Shown: one piece after another, positions 40,810-52,859 of the stretch | How positions within the stretch are numbered: the first letter of the stretch is position 1 | Layout: every line of letters begins with the position of its first letter | Origin: Octopus vulgaris | Lineage: Eukaryota | Direction: 5' to 3' | Assembly (NCBI GenBank): GCA_951406725.2 | Contig: OX597831.1 | Coordinates: forward strand, 35,960,001-36,024,000 | DNA: 64,000 nucleotides | The notes under the pieces: model-generated | Seen by the model: the letters and a program-made list of their open reading frames with translations, nothing else | What the model was told of the DNA's origin: nothing | Database searches by the model: none | Program-made: the position numbers and the translations under genes

Positions 40810-41048
40810 GGTTTCCATTGACCACATGGTTCATCCACATTACTCCAGAAGGAGCCTAGGGCTGGTTTCCTGGTTTCTCAGGTGGTGTGTAGTCTCCCCT
40901 GGATGAGATGCTAGTCTATTGAAGGGCTACTCATTTTGCCAGATGAGTAGATTGGAGTAATGTGGAATGAAGTGTTTCACTCAAGAACACAATGCATCAC
41001 CCAGTCCAGGGATTGAAACTACAATCTTACAATCATGACTCCAACTAC
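40810..41048 (-). mobile_element. Degenerate family D-like SINE
   Basis: Reverse complement of the TGTGTTCTTGAG..AAACACTT...CTCCA.TC.ACTCA core. Confidence 0.6.
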
Positions 41049-41220
41049 CATAGGGTAGGAAAAATCATCGAATTTTTTTCTGCCAATGGCCTAGTATGTA
41101 TACAAAGTCAATAGACATATCATCATACCAATTTCTGAAGTTTAATTGGAATTTTTATTTGCTGCCCATTGAATCTGCGTGTTATTTGGTCTCTAATTTA
41201 TATGTTAATGTTTTGGTGTA

Positions 41221-41291
41221 TCCGCTGATGAGAACTTCACCTTGCAAATTATTTTATTTACTAATTAAAGTTTGAAACCTAAGATCCAGCT
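41221..41291 (+). ncRNA. Degenerate hammerhead in the 5228/21141 repeat family
   Basis: ccg CTGATGA gaactt [loop] aagttt GAAAC ctaagatc cag. The sister copy at 21248-21260 (minus) reads GAAAC CATG GTC cag. Confidence 0.5.
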
Positions 41292-41425
41292 GTAACACAT
41301 AGTAAATGTTTTTTATTTTTCATTCCTTTGAAATTGCTCATAACTGTGGTTTCGACATTTTGACTGTTCTTTCTAGTATGTTAGACAACCTGTTAAGGCT
41401 CACTTCTTTTGTGTTTAAATGTACA

Positions 41426-41462
<37 letters not shown>

Positions 41463-41521
41463 AGAGTTTACGAAAAAAGCAAACAGATGTATTAGTATAA
41501 CGCTCAGGAATAGAAAAAGTA

Positions 41522-41554
41522 TTTTACGTTTCGAGCCTACGCTCTTCTACAGAA
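41522..41554 (-). ncRNA. Minimal hammerhead-like motif with A6U change
   Basis: Minus strand: tt CTGTAGA a gagc gtag gctc GAAAC GTA aa. Same repeat family as 21590, 28805 and 45820. Confidence 0.5.
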
Positions 41555-41588
41555 GGGACACAAACAAGGAGAGGAAAAAAAAGGAGAG

Positions 41589-41644
<56 letters not shown>

Positions 41645-42299
41645 CTTTATAAACTAAACAATTTTTACTAATAATATTCCAAGCACTAACTAGTGACAAA
41701 CACAAAGAAATTCATGTACCACGACTGACATTGGTAAAAGAACCCCTTCCTGAACTATGATAGAAGTTGTAAAAAAATACATTTTTGTCTTTCTCTGCAT
41801 CTGTTTCTCTTTCTCTCCCCACTTTTGTTTAAATATAAAAACTCAATATGTCTGAACTTTGAATCATGTATATTTGTTACGATCTTCATTGAACATTTAA
41901 ACTTACGTATTTTACTGTCTATATCTGTGAAACTTATTGAAATTTCTGTGAACATTTGAATATTTGATAATTTAAACATGTTTTTCCGAATATTACGTTC
42001 TAACTTTAAACTCTCCTAAATCCTTTATTTATTTATTTATTTATATATTTATTTATTTATTTTTAACATTGATAAGCAGAAAATCGTCAAAACCGGTTTG
42101 GTATTTGAATAAATTTATTACAAAAATCACATTTTGAAATCCAAGCGCATTTTAAATCTCCAAACAAATTCCCCTATATTTTTCCCTGCTTGAGAATACA
42201 CTGCTCTCCATATATGTATATAGACATATAGTTGAAATGTACAGACATGCGTCTCAAACCATCCAACCCATGCCAGCATTAAAAACGGGACATAACTGA

Positions 42300-42694
42300 T
42301 AATGCCGCTGCTGCTGATGATGACGATGATAATGATGATGACACTGATGACGATGATGATGATGATGATGACAACAATGATGATGATGAAAATGATGATG
42401 ACGATGATGACAATGATGATGATTATGATGATGATGACGACGATGACAATGAGGATGACACTGATGGCGATGATGATGATGACAATAATGATGATGACAA
42501 TGACGATGATGACAATGATGATGATGATGATGATGAAGAAGACGATGATGATGATAATGACAATGATGACGATGATGAAGATGATGACTATGATGACAAT
42601 GATGACGATGATGACAACGACGATGATGACAATAATGATGATGAACATGACGACGACGATGATGACAATGATGATGATGATGACAATAACGATA

Positions 42695-42728
<34 letters not shown>

Positions 42729-43133
42729 CGTATATGTAAATATATAAAACGTACCTATAATATAAATGCGAACCATTTTATTAGATACTAAATCCACAGC
42801 AAGTAATTTAATAACACACACACACAGAAAAAAAAATTGGTAAAATTGAAAAAAAAAGAAAAAAAGAAAAAGGAAAATAATAAACAAAAACACTCTTTCA
42901 ATAACGGAAGCGGACATAAACAAACTGTAAGACTACGTTTCTGACAGTTTTTCTTTTCCAGTACGACAACTTTCAAAAGTGCTGTTACCTCGAATTTTCC
43001 GTTATTCGGGATGTCGTTATTTCAGAAATTTACAGTAAACAATGCACAAACCAGCCAATAGACCATACCAAAGGAAATACCGAGAAATTAAATAATCTTT
43101 AAAAAATAGAAACGACAAAACGAAAAAGAAGTA

Positions 43134-43232
<99 letters not shown>

Positions 43233-43251
43233 CATTATTATTATATTATTA

Positions 43252-43288
<37 letters not shown>

Positions 43289-43414
43289 ATCATCATCATC
43301 ATCATTATTATTATTATTATCATTATTATTATTATCATTATTATTATTACTATTATTATTATCATTATTATTTTTATTATTATTTTTATTATTATTATTA
43401 TTATTATAATCATC

Positions 43415-43485
<71 letters not shown>

Positions 43486-43625
43486 CATTATTATTTTTAT
43501 CATTATTATTTTTATTATTATTTTTATTATTATTATTAGTATATATATATATGTATATATATATCTTATTATTATTAGTATATATATTATTATTATTAGT
43601 ATATATATTATTATTATTATTAGTA
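42300..43625. repeat. (GAT/GAC)n tract 42300-42730 and (ATT)n tract 43135-43625
   Basis: Visible directly. The GAT tract extends a family B tail at 42255-42300. Confidence 0.95.
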
Positions 43626-43971
43626 TATATATGTATATATATATGTATAATATAAAACAGAACTTTATTTGTTGTACGTGTGTATGTTTGTGCATGGGTA
43701 TGTGTGTGTTGTTTCCTTCCTTCCTTCCTTCCTTCCTTCCTTCCTTCCTGCCATCATTTAGTTTTCAAATTGTGTGCTTGGTTGTAAATATATCTGTACA
43801 GCGAATAGAGAAATAACACTGCAGGAAACAATGAAAGAGAACGAATAAAGATATGAAAAGAATAGGAAAAGAAAAAGAAAAAAATACTGTTTAAAAATAT
43901 CTTGGACAGACAGACAATAACAATAAGAGGAAGAACAAGAAAACCAACAACGAAAACATTAACAAAAAAAT

Positions 43972-44004
<33 letters not shown>

Positions 44005-44065
44005 AACAGCAGCAGCACACAGAAGGAGTGGGTAAATGCGTATAAAGCCACAGACACATAAAGAA

Positions 44066-44119
<54 letters not shown>

Positions 44120-44164
44120 ATGTATATATGTACACACACTCACATATATATGCATACACTTACC

Positions 44165-44198
<34 letters not shown>

Positions 44199-44255
44199 TC
44201 CCATATATGTACATACATTTACATAGATACACATATACCTATATCTATCTATCTA

Positions 44256-44298
<43 letters not shown>

Positions 44299-44881
44299 AT
44301 GTGTGTGTAAAAAATAAATATATGTATAGATATATATGTATATATATATGTATGTCTATATACACAATATAGATGTATATATAGGCATACGCAAGTGTAT
44401 ATATACCCATATGTATATAGCTATATATGTGTTAATATCTCATGTAGATGAACTAATTTTACATCACTTAGGTTCATGTGCATCTGTATGTTATATAGCT
44501 GGAATGAATTCATTTCATTCCTCCAGCAGAAAACTCTGAAGGTATTATTTCACTATTATTAGAAGAAATTTATAATTTTCTTGTTGAAATATAAAATTAA
44601 CATCTTTGCTTCTGTCTCTGTTCCTGATTGATTTATTTACAAACCATTTGTGAACAAAACAAACGCGACATATTGACTAGTTAGATTAGTACTTGTCTTT
44701 TATTCAACAGTGGCTGATGAAATGAATGGCCAATGAAATATTCAAAATGTCCCATGAGGTGACATATGTTGAATATTCTATATCTTATTGTAGAATATGA
44801 GGACCATTCTTCCCATTTGTTTGCTTCACATAGATTTATACAAACCTTTCTAATACACAAACGAATATCTCTATATACATG

Positions 44882-44973
<92 letters not shown>

Positions 44974-45054
44974 ATCTACCTACCTACCTACCTACCTACC
45001 TACCTACCTACCTACCTATCTATCTATCTATCATCTATATAAATATATTTATCT

Positions 45055-45610
45055 CACTATAACTGAGATAAATATATTTGAGAGTTTATTATGTTTTTTA
45101 AAGCCAAATTATATCTTCAAAGATAAGTACATATTTCTATCTATTTTTTTACCTTAAAAATTAAAAATTAAATATTTAACATAATAAATGTGTTGTAGGA
45201 AATAATCTTAATAAGTTTATAATTTAGTTTATGGAGTTTTCTTTATAAGAAAAATTATTATCTATTTATTTCTTAAATAAATATTGTTTAACTCTATTTG
45301 CTTATTTATTTAACTATATCATTAACCTGAAGATTGACTATAATTTTAAATCGAATTTATTTCAATTGAATTTAAACTTAATTGTAATTCGAATTTAATT
45401 GTAGCCATGAAACGTACGTAGAGTTTTTTACATATATTATATATTTACCATTCATCTTATACTTTTTGGGATCTAGTTATAAGTTATATATTAAAAAAAT
45501 ATATATATATATTATATTATATATATATTGGTTATTTATGTATTGGCTTATGTCTATCACTGTTCGAGTCGCATAATAGTGGTTTTATCTCTAATTTATA
45601 TTTTATATAT
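45055..45610 (+). mobile_element. PLE 3' end: GIY-YIG C-terminus remnant, UTR and hammerhead (45322-45425)
   Basis: Translation EINIFESLLCFLKPNYIFKDKYIFLSIF resembles the I.ESL.I...KP.LN end of PLE GIY-YIG. It is followed by CTGAAGA ttgactataatt...aattgtagccat GAAAC gtac GTA gagtt. Confidence 0.65.
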
Positions 45611-45677
45611 TTATACTGTGAAATTTGATTTAATAGTAAATTGAATTTTTCCTTGTAGGTTTGGAGTTATACACCCA

Positions 45678-45753
<76 letters not shown>

Positions 45754-46164
45754 GTGTGTGTCTGTGTGTGTGTGTGTGTGTGTGTATGTACATATATACA
45801 TATATATATATATAGTTCAAATTTATAGGAAAAGAAAGACAGAGACAGGTGTAGGAACAACAAGCAAGTGTATTAGTTTGATGCTCAGGAAAAATGGAAA
45901 AGTCTTTGACAGAAAGGGATATGAGGAAATAAATAGAGAAAGAATAAAAAAAACGTTTTGAGCTTAGTGGTCCAAAATGGTGAATGAAAAAAGGTGTGTA
46001 TATTTAGGTGGTGGTGAAGGTGGAGGAGGAAGGATTTATAATTAGGCATGCTGGAAAAAGGAGGAAAAGTAGGAAAAGAGAAAAGTATATATATATATGT
46101 ATAAATTTATATATTTATTTGTCAATGAATATATATATATGTACATTTTCGGTGTGCATATTAT

Positions 46165-46293
46165 CGAAATGCCCCATCAATGGCCCTGAATTGTACCAGA
46201 GGACCTATATTATACACGAGATCATCTGTGACAAATGTGGTACATTCTACGTAGGAAGCGCAACAAGAAAATTGCATATAAGCATAAAGGAAG
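46165..46293 (+). pseudogene. PLE GIY-YIG endonuclease N-terminal fragment
   Basis: Translation KCPINGPELYQRTYIIHEIICDKCGTFYVGSATRKLHISIKE matches the IY.I.C..C...YVG.T.R.L..R..EH pattern. Confidence 0.75.
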
Positions 46294-46643
46294 GTGTCCG
46301 GGGGGAGAGGTAGACCCAGGAAGACAGAGGATGAGGTAGTGAAGCATGACCTTCGAACGTTGGGTCTCACAGAGACAATGACGAAAGACCGAGATCTCTG
46401 GAGATATGCTGTGACTGCAAAGACCCGACAAATAATGTGAGTTCACGGCTGCTTCCTACACCAGTTTCGCATAGCCCCAGCCCATCCAAGTTGGCGTTAG
46501 GTAGGGCAAGCAGCTGTAGAAACACTGCCAGATCAGACTGGAGCCTGGTGCAGCCTCTTGGCTTCCCAGACCCCGGTCGAACTGTCCAGCCCGTGCTAGC
46601 ACGGAAAACGGACGTTAAACGATGATGATGATGATGATGATGA
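46294..46643 (+). mobile_element. RTE-clade LINE 3' end
   Basis: Translation RGRGRPRKTEDEVVKHDLRTLGLTETMTKDRDLWRYAVTAKTRQ, then the family B UTR and (GAT)n tail. Confidence 0.9.
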
Positions 46644-46659
46644 TATATATATATATTAA

Positions 46660-46827
46660 TATTTTATTCTTTTTTTATTCTTGTTGTTTGTCATTTGACT
46701 GCAGCCTTGAAGGATTTTAGTCGAACAAATCGACATCAGGATATATTTTTGTAAAGTGTAGTGCTTATTCTATTGGTTTCTTTTGTCAAACCGCTAAGTT
46801 ACAGGGATGTAAATACACCAGCACTGG

Positions 46828-46866
<39 letters not shown>

Positions 46867-47020
46867 GACAGGCTTCTTTTAGTATCCATCTACTAAATCC
46901 ACTCAAACGGTTTTAGTCAGCCTGATGCTATATGAGAAGATACTTGCCCAAAGTGCCATGCAACAGAACTGAACCCAAAACCATGTGGTTGCGAGGCAAG
47001 TTTCTTAACACATAGCCACT
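46660..47020 (-). mobile_element. SINE family A, degenerate
   Basis: Reverse-complement family A. Confidence 0.8.
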
Positions 47021-47848
47021 AAGAAAGGGTGTTGCAGGAGCATTGACATATCAGTCTGCTAGCCTTCAGCAGCTGAGGTATTGTGGGGTTCCTCTTGGCT
47101 TCATATAATGTTTGGTAAGTTGTTTTTCTAATGTAGATGGAGCTATGTGAAATGGAGATAAGGTATGGTGTACTTCTGTCTTAGAAGTGGTTGTATGGGT
47201 GGACGTAATAGAAGAGGGTAGGATGCAATTATGTTTTAGGTGGAGTGCTGATGGAAAGATATTATGGAAGGTTTTATTGCTTGGTGTTGGTATTGTATTT
47301 TTGTTCAGTCAAGTGTATAAATAACTTTGTAATCAGTTTAGGTCTGTCAGATTCAGGTCATAAGATTGTTAGAATAGATATTTCGTTTATTGTGTTTCTG
47401 GCTTCACAAAAGATGTAGGTGAAAAACTTTAGTTGGTCATCAAATGAGCAATTGGGATTTGATGGTTGTTTTTATTTGATTACTCTTTAGAAAATTCTAC
47501 CTGTGCATTTCGGGAAAGTAAATATTGTAGACTATGTTGCTATGGTATTCATAGAGGAATTTTATTCAGTTTTAAGTGTAGTTATTTGTCATCATATTGA
47601 TGATATATTATCTTGGGCCTATGCATATATGCAACCTCTATTCACCCATATATATATATATATATATATTTGGCTTAAATTTATGGGTGAGCGTTTGTCC
47701 CAATCAGATGCACAAGGATCCATGTAAGCATTGATTAGTGGGTTCAATTCTGGGTTGGATTAGCTCATCATCTTTCAGTTAATTGTTTATATATAAGTGT
47801 CACTTTAAGTCGGAGTTTATATATTATTACGATATATTATTATATAGC

Positions 47849-47887
<39 letters not shown>

Positions 47888-47916
47888 ATTTAAAAGCAGC
47901 AGAAATATATCAAAAG

Positions 47917-47954
47917 CTGTTACTCAGAGTTTCACGTTCCCATTTGTCGGACAG
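47917..47954 (-). ncRNA. Inverted, mutated copy of the 50009 hammerhead
   Basis: Minus strand: ctgt CCGACAA atg ggaa cgt GAAAC tctga GTA acag (G8A, probably inactive). Confidence 0.6.
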
Positions 47955-48253
47955 TTTTGTTAAAACAGAACAGAAATAACAATTGGATTAAAACTAGTTA
48001 AATGATACATCTTTAAAAATGGGTTTGTTTCATTGGTCCTTTCAAATAAACGGTCTTAAGCATGCGATAAACAAAATAAATGAATTCAATATAAATTATA
48101 AAAAATCGAGGAAAAACCTTAAATCGAAGAGCGGATTCAAAATACATATTGTCATTAATTATAGAAATATAATTCGATTAATACAATTAATACATAAAAA
48201 TTAAAATATTTCACAACAGTATATACTCATACTAAACCATCAATCTACATATA

Positions 48254-48360
48254 CAGGGTGTCCCAAAAAATGTATTTGTTATTCTTTGTAAGCGTAGTAC
48301 TTATTCTATCGTTCTCTTTTGCCGAACCACTATGTGTATACATTTTTTTGGGACACCCTG
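48254..48360. mobile_element. 107 bp Tc1/mariner-type MITE with TA duplication
   Basis: TIRs CAGGGTGTCCCAAAAAATGTA / TACATTTTTTTGGGACACCCTG. The empty site is visible in the paired arm at 49659-49681. Confidence 0.9.
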
Positions 48361-48509
48361 TATACATCAAAATACACAGACCACATACATAAGCAGACAT
48401 ATGAATGCAAAACGTAAATATACACACAGTTACACATATACATATGTATACGCAATCTTGCCCGCATGCAAAAATCACTTGGTGTATACATATAGACTAG
48501 AAGTAAAAC

Positions 48510-48724
48510 GACTTTTCAACGTCACATTGAGTATTTTAGATAGAGTGGCACCGTATAGGCACGGTACACATAAAAGAAATTTCAAGTGCGATTTATGTCT
48601 GTTGGAGAAATATTTTATTTTATTCCAAGACAATAATTCTTTTAATCAAAGAAGCGAACTCTTGAATTCATGCAGACACACAGCTAAATTTAAAATATCG
48701 ACTAGCAATATCCCATATGGATAG
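48510..48724 (+). pseudogene. PLE GIY-YIG endonuclease C-terminus
   Basis: Translation FNVTLSILDRVAPYRHGTHKRNFKCDLCLLEKYFILFQDNNSFNQRSELLNSCRHTAKFKI (C.LCL.EK..I.....N.RSE...CRH motif). Confidence 0.85.
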
Positions 48725-50008
48725 CGTATATTTTTGATTCTTGGACTAGTTTTTATTCACACTGTTGAATCTGTTTCGTATTGTGCATGACTTATTCCGC
48801 ATCGCAAAGTTTTTGCATATACTTCGATATATCTCTAAAAGGAAAACCTTCGACTATTATATACTAATATTATTTTCTTGATTAGGATTCTGATTTTATT
48901 TTTTTTCGTTTTATTGTATTTTATAAACCCATTTTAATCGTTTAATTTATAGCTAATTCGATATAGGGTGTTATATTTTGCATGTCTTTTATCTAAATTT
49001 TATTATTATGCATTCAGCAATTTAAAAAAATTAATATTGTTTGTACATACGTCAGGTCCTAGAAAGTTTTTTGTGAATATTTGTATTGGCATGCATATGG
49101 ATTCATATGCACGCGCTTATGTATATGTGTAAGTAAGCGTGTATGTTTATACTTATGCACATACATACATGGATGTATATGTATGCATGTATTCACTTGA
49201 ATTTGAGTGGATATGTATTTGCGTACTTATCTCTATATATTTATATATGTGTTCTTATATGTGTATTTACTGCTAATATACACTTTTATATACACATGTA
49301 TACGTAATTTTACTTTGTGTACGTTCGTTACGCATATTCAGAATTCTTTCTTTTTTCCTTTCTCTCGTTAAAGAAAGGTATTGTCTCTCCCCCTATTCGT
49401 TACTTGTACAGAGTCCTGTAACTTTATGCCCCTCTCCCCTTCTCTTACTCATTTCTGTAGCTATCTGTTGCTTATAAGATCGTTACCTTTTCTTTTCTTT
49501 TTCTTACCTCTCTCTGCGTTTTACTTCTAGTCTATATGTATGCACCAAGTGATTTTTGCATGCGTATACATATGTATATGTGTATCTGTGTGTATATTCA
49601 CGTTTTTCATTTATATGTCTGCATATGTATGTGGTCTGTGTACATCTATCTATGTATTTTGATGTATATATGTAGATTGATGGTTTAGTTTGAGTATATA
49701 CTGTTGTGAAATATTTTATTTTTTTATGTATTAATTGTATTAATCGAATTATATTTCTATATAATCAATGACAATATGTATTTTGAATCCGCTCTTCGAT
49801 TTAAGTTTTTTTTATCGATTTTTTATAATTTATAATTTATATTGAATTCATTTATTTTGTTTATTTTCTTTATCGCATAATTTATATTGAATTCATTTAT
49901 TTTGTTTATTTTGTTTATCGAAAGGGCCAATGAAACAAATCCATTTTTAAAGGTGTATTCTTTAACTAGTTTTGATCCAATTGTTATTTCTGTTCTATTT
50001 TAACAAAA

Positions 50009-50046
50009 CTGTCCGACGAACGGGAACGTGAAACTCTGAGTAACAG
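50009..50046 (+). ncRNA. Type I hammerhead variant (U4C)
   Basis: ctgt CCGACGA acg ggaa cgt GAAAC tctga GTA acag. Stem I extends as caaaa/ttttg; GNRA loop II. Confidence 0.75.
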
Positions 50047-50879
50047 CTTTTGTTATATTTCTACTGCTCTTAAATAAAGCCTATTACTCTACCTCTGGTA
50101 TTTGAGTACTCTTTTTTTCCACCATGTTTCACATTTATGTGCTTACTCCGGTATATATATATATATATAGCTTCTTTCAAAAATGTTTAAGTAGAAGACT
50201 GAGTTCTGATTGAATATATATATAATAATACATCATATATATGATATATTATTATATAGCTATTATATTGCGAGGATGATCCGGTTCTTGGCTTTTTGTA
50301 TCGTCTATCTGGATGTTTTGTTGTCCCTTTTTGTATCACCTAGTTGTCCGGATGTTTTGCCTTCTTGTCCCATTTTGTATTTCATTACATATATGTATAT
50401 ATAGCTTCTTTCGGGAATGATGAAGTACAAGGCTGAGTTCTGATTGAATTCTTTGAAGGGAATAATTATGGTGTATGTTACATTTGAACATTTGTTCATT
50501 TAATTTGTCTTAGCAACACAAAAGCTTAGATGCTATTCATAAACCCGTATGATGTGGTGACTTGTACCGAGCTTGCTTTCAATAACAGTCGACTGATACT
50601 CCTTTCCAGCTGAACAAGCTGGAGCAATGTGAAAGTATGTGCATTGCCCATGAGCAATCACCTAAGAATTGATCCCAAGATCTTATGATCACGAACCCCC
50701 ATTTACTAATCACTAAGCCAAGTGTGTTTACATGTTTGAGATATAGAACGAAGTATTCAAAAATTTGAAGCAAAAATATGGAAGGTCGGAGATGATAATA
50801 TGTTGTGTTATGTAGCTATATTGATTAAACAGGGACGATGACAGATTGCTAAATTAATGCTGTGAGTTGATGCGTTAAT

Positions 50880-51280
50880 ATAGAAAATTTAATAATGTCA
50901 GTCAGCAGCATATTAATATAAGCAGTAGTCAATAGTTGTACAGTTTAATATCTGGCCTTATCTATAAACAATAGAGATATCCATCCAGTAAGGTTGGAGG
51001 TTAAATTGCAAGTGATGCTGGGTATAAGGCTAGAATCTTCATTCATATAAAACAAATTCACATTGGATTTATGAAAAAGTTTAATGTTATCCGTATAAAG
51101 CTTTAGAATGGTAACCAAGAAGTTTGATATACTAAGACTGATTTCTGCTATTATTCTTAAACATTTTATTGTATAGATTAAATCCTTCTAAGTTCGGTCA
51201 AGGTTGTAATTTATTTATTTTTTCCAATGTCAGCAACCCATCATCTCTATAAATGCCACCTTTTATTGTAGGTAACCTTA
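50880..51280 (-). pseudogene. PLE reverse transcriptase remnant (catalytic YRDD to thumb)
   Basis: Minus-strand translation LPTIKGGIYRDDGLLTLE ... LRIIAEISLSISNFLVTILKLYTDNIKLFHKSNVNLFYMNEDSSLIPSITCNL, matching the PLE GLYRDDG...VNFLDVT....YRKP....Y....SNHPP pattern. Confidence 0.8.
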
Positions 51281-51311
51281 CCCAAAATAACCAATATAGC
51301 AAACATTAATC

Positions 51312-51376
<65 letters not shown>

Positions 51377-51377
51377 T

Positions 51378-51547
51378 TTATTTAAAAGCAGCAGAAATTC
51401 GACAAAACCTGTTACTCTGAGCTTCACGTGAAACTCAGAGTACAGGTTTTGTTGAATTTCTACTGCTTTTAAATAAAGCATATTACTCTACCCCTGGTAT
51501 TTGAGTACTCTTTTTTCCACATTGTTTCACATTTATGTGTTTCCTCC

Positions 51548-51552
<5 letters not shown>
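51378..51552. mobile_element. Miniature head-to-head insert of the 47884 PLE family in (TA)n
   Basis: Left arm 51378-51429 is inverted relative to the right arm; the junction is at CACGTG. Confidence 0.85.
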
Positions 51553-51612
<60 letters not shown>

Positions 51613-52316
51613 AATATGAGTTGTCAACACAGCTTCTATATTCAGTTGTTATGTCTTAATAGTTCTATAGTACTAAGAAATAATGGGAGAGACATCTTGC
51701 TTCTTAATCTTGTCATGATTATTTCTAAGACACATCCATCTTATCTTTTAGTGAAAATGATGGGGCACTGTCTTGAAGGGTTTAGTCAAACAAATATATT
51801 TCAAAGCCGGGTGTTTTTTGCATTCGTCTCTTTTGACAAACTGTTAAATAATGGAAATGTAAACAAGCCTACACAGATTGTCATGTGGTGGTGAAGGGAC
51901 AATCACAAAGACACACACAAACATGCATACACACATAAATACACACACGTTAATACATAAACACACACACACACACACACATACACTGTTCTGTTGAGGT
52001 AAGATTAACAAAAATGTACACCATCTAGTGAGAGATAAATATCATTTAATATACATGTTATAAAAATCGATCTTCTAATATTTTCTTGCTTGGAGGCAGG
52101 TTTTTGTAACATGTCATGTGTATCCATGCAATTTCAGGCGCTGAGCACATGCACTACTCAATTTGCAGATCAGGATACTGATAGAAGAGAAGCTATTAGA
52201 AAGAAATGAGAAAGAAAATGAGTTATGTTCCCTTTGACCACATAAAGCCATATTTAAGCTAGCTGTAGAATGGTTCAATGGATAGATATCCTAAGTCTGT
52301 GAGAGAGCTGTTCAAT

Positions 52317-52735
52317 TTAGAGAGGTGGTGTCCTCCATTTCACCAACAAATATTTGTCCATATATTTGCATTTGCTAAAAATTTCAGATCTGGAATTCAA
52401 TAGTGCAGTGGAATTCTTAGGTCTAGAAAGAATATGCAATCTTTCAGCTATGCATAAGTTGCATTTCTTAGATCCATTTACACATGACATGGATTTTGCT
52501 ATGAGTAGCCACTTGATTTTATGTAGTTTACAGTTGGTCTTCAAATTTCATATGTGACCAGCTAACTTTGTGGCTTTGCTGTTGTTGATGTGCCTTGAAG
52601 AAGGTGGTTTGCATAACACCTTTTGAAATCACCTTCGCATACCCCAATGTGATTTTCCTTTTTGGTTAAGTTATCTTGAAGCATTGTTGTTACTTCTGCC
52701 ACATATCAGATGGAATTTACCATTCTGTCTAAAAG
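52317..52735 (-). pseudogene. PLE GIY-YIG endonuclease, degenerate but nearly complete
   Basis: Minus-strand translation NSI*YVAEVTT...ENHIGVCEGDFKRCYANH /frameshift/ RHINNSKATKLAGHI*NLK...KWLLIAKS...KKCNLCIAERLHIL...LLNSRSEIFSKCKY. Confidence 0.85.
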
Positions 52736-52859
52736 ATTAACTCATAAGGCATTTATTGGTCCTGAGTTATTGTAAAAGATACTCAATTTTCTATGTCATA
52801 TGACTGAACCTGAAATCATGTGGTTGAACTGTTAGCTTCTTAACCACACAGCGATGACT

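Larger units (their letters stand above)
47884..50152 (+). mobile_element. 5'-truncated Penelope-like element with an inverted 3' copy at its left end
   Basis: 47884-48510 is the reverse complement of ~49517-50080. GIY-YIG C-terminus at 48510-48724, HHR at 50009-50046, (TA)n on both sides. Confidence 0.85.
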
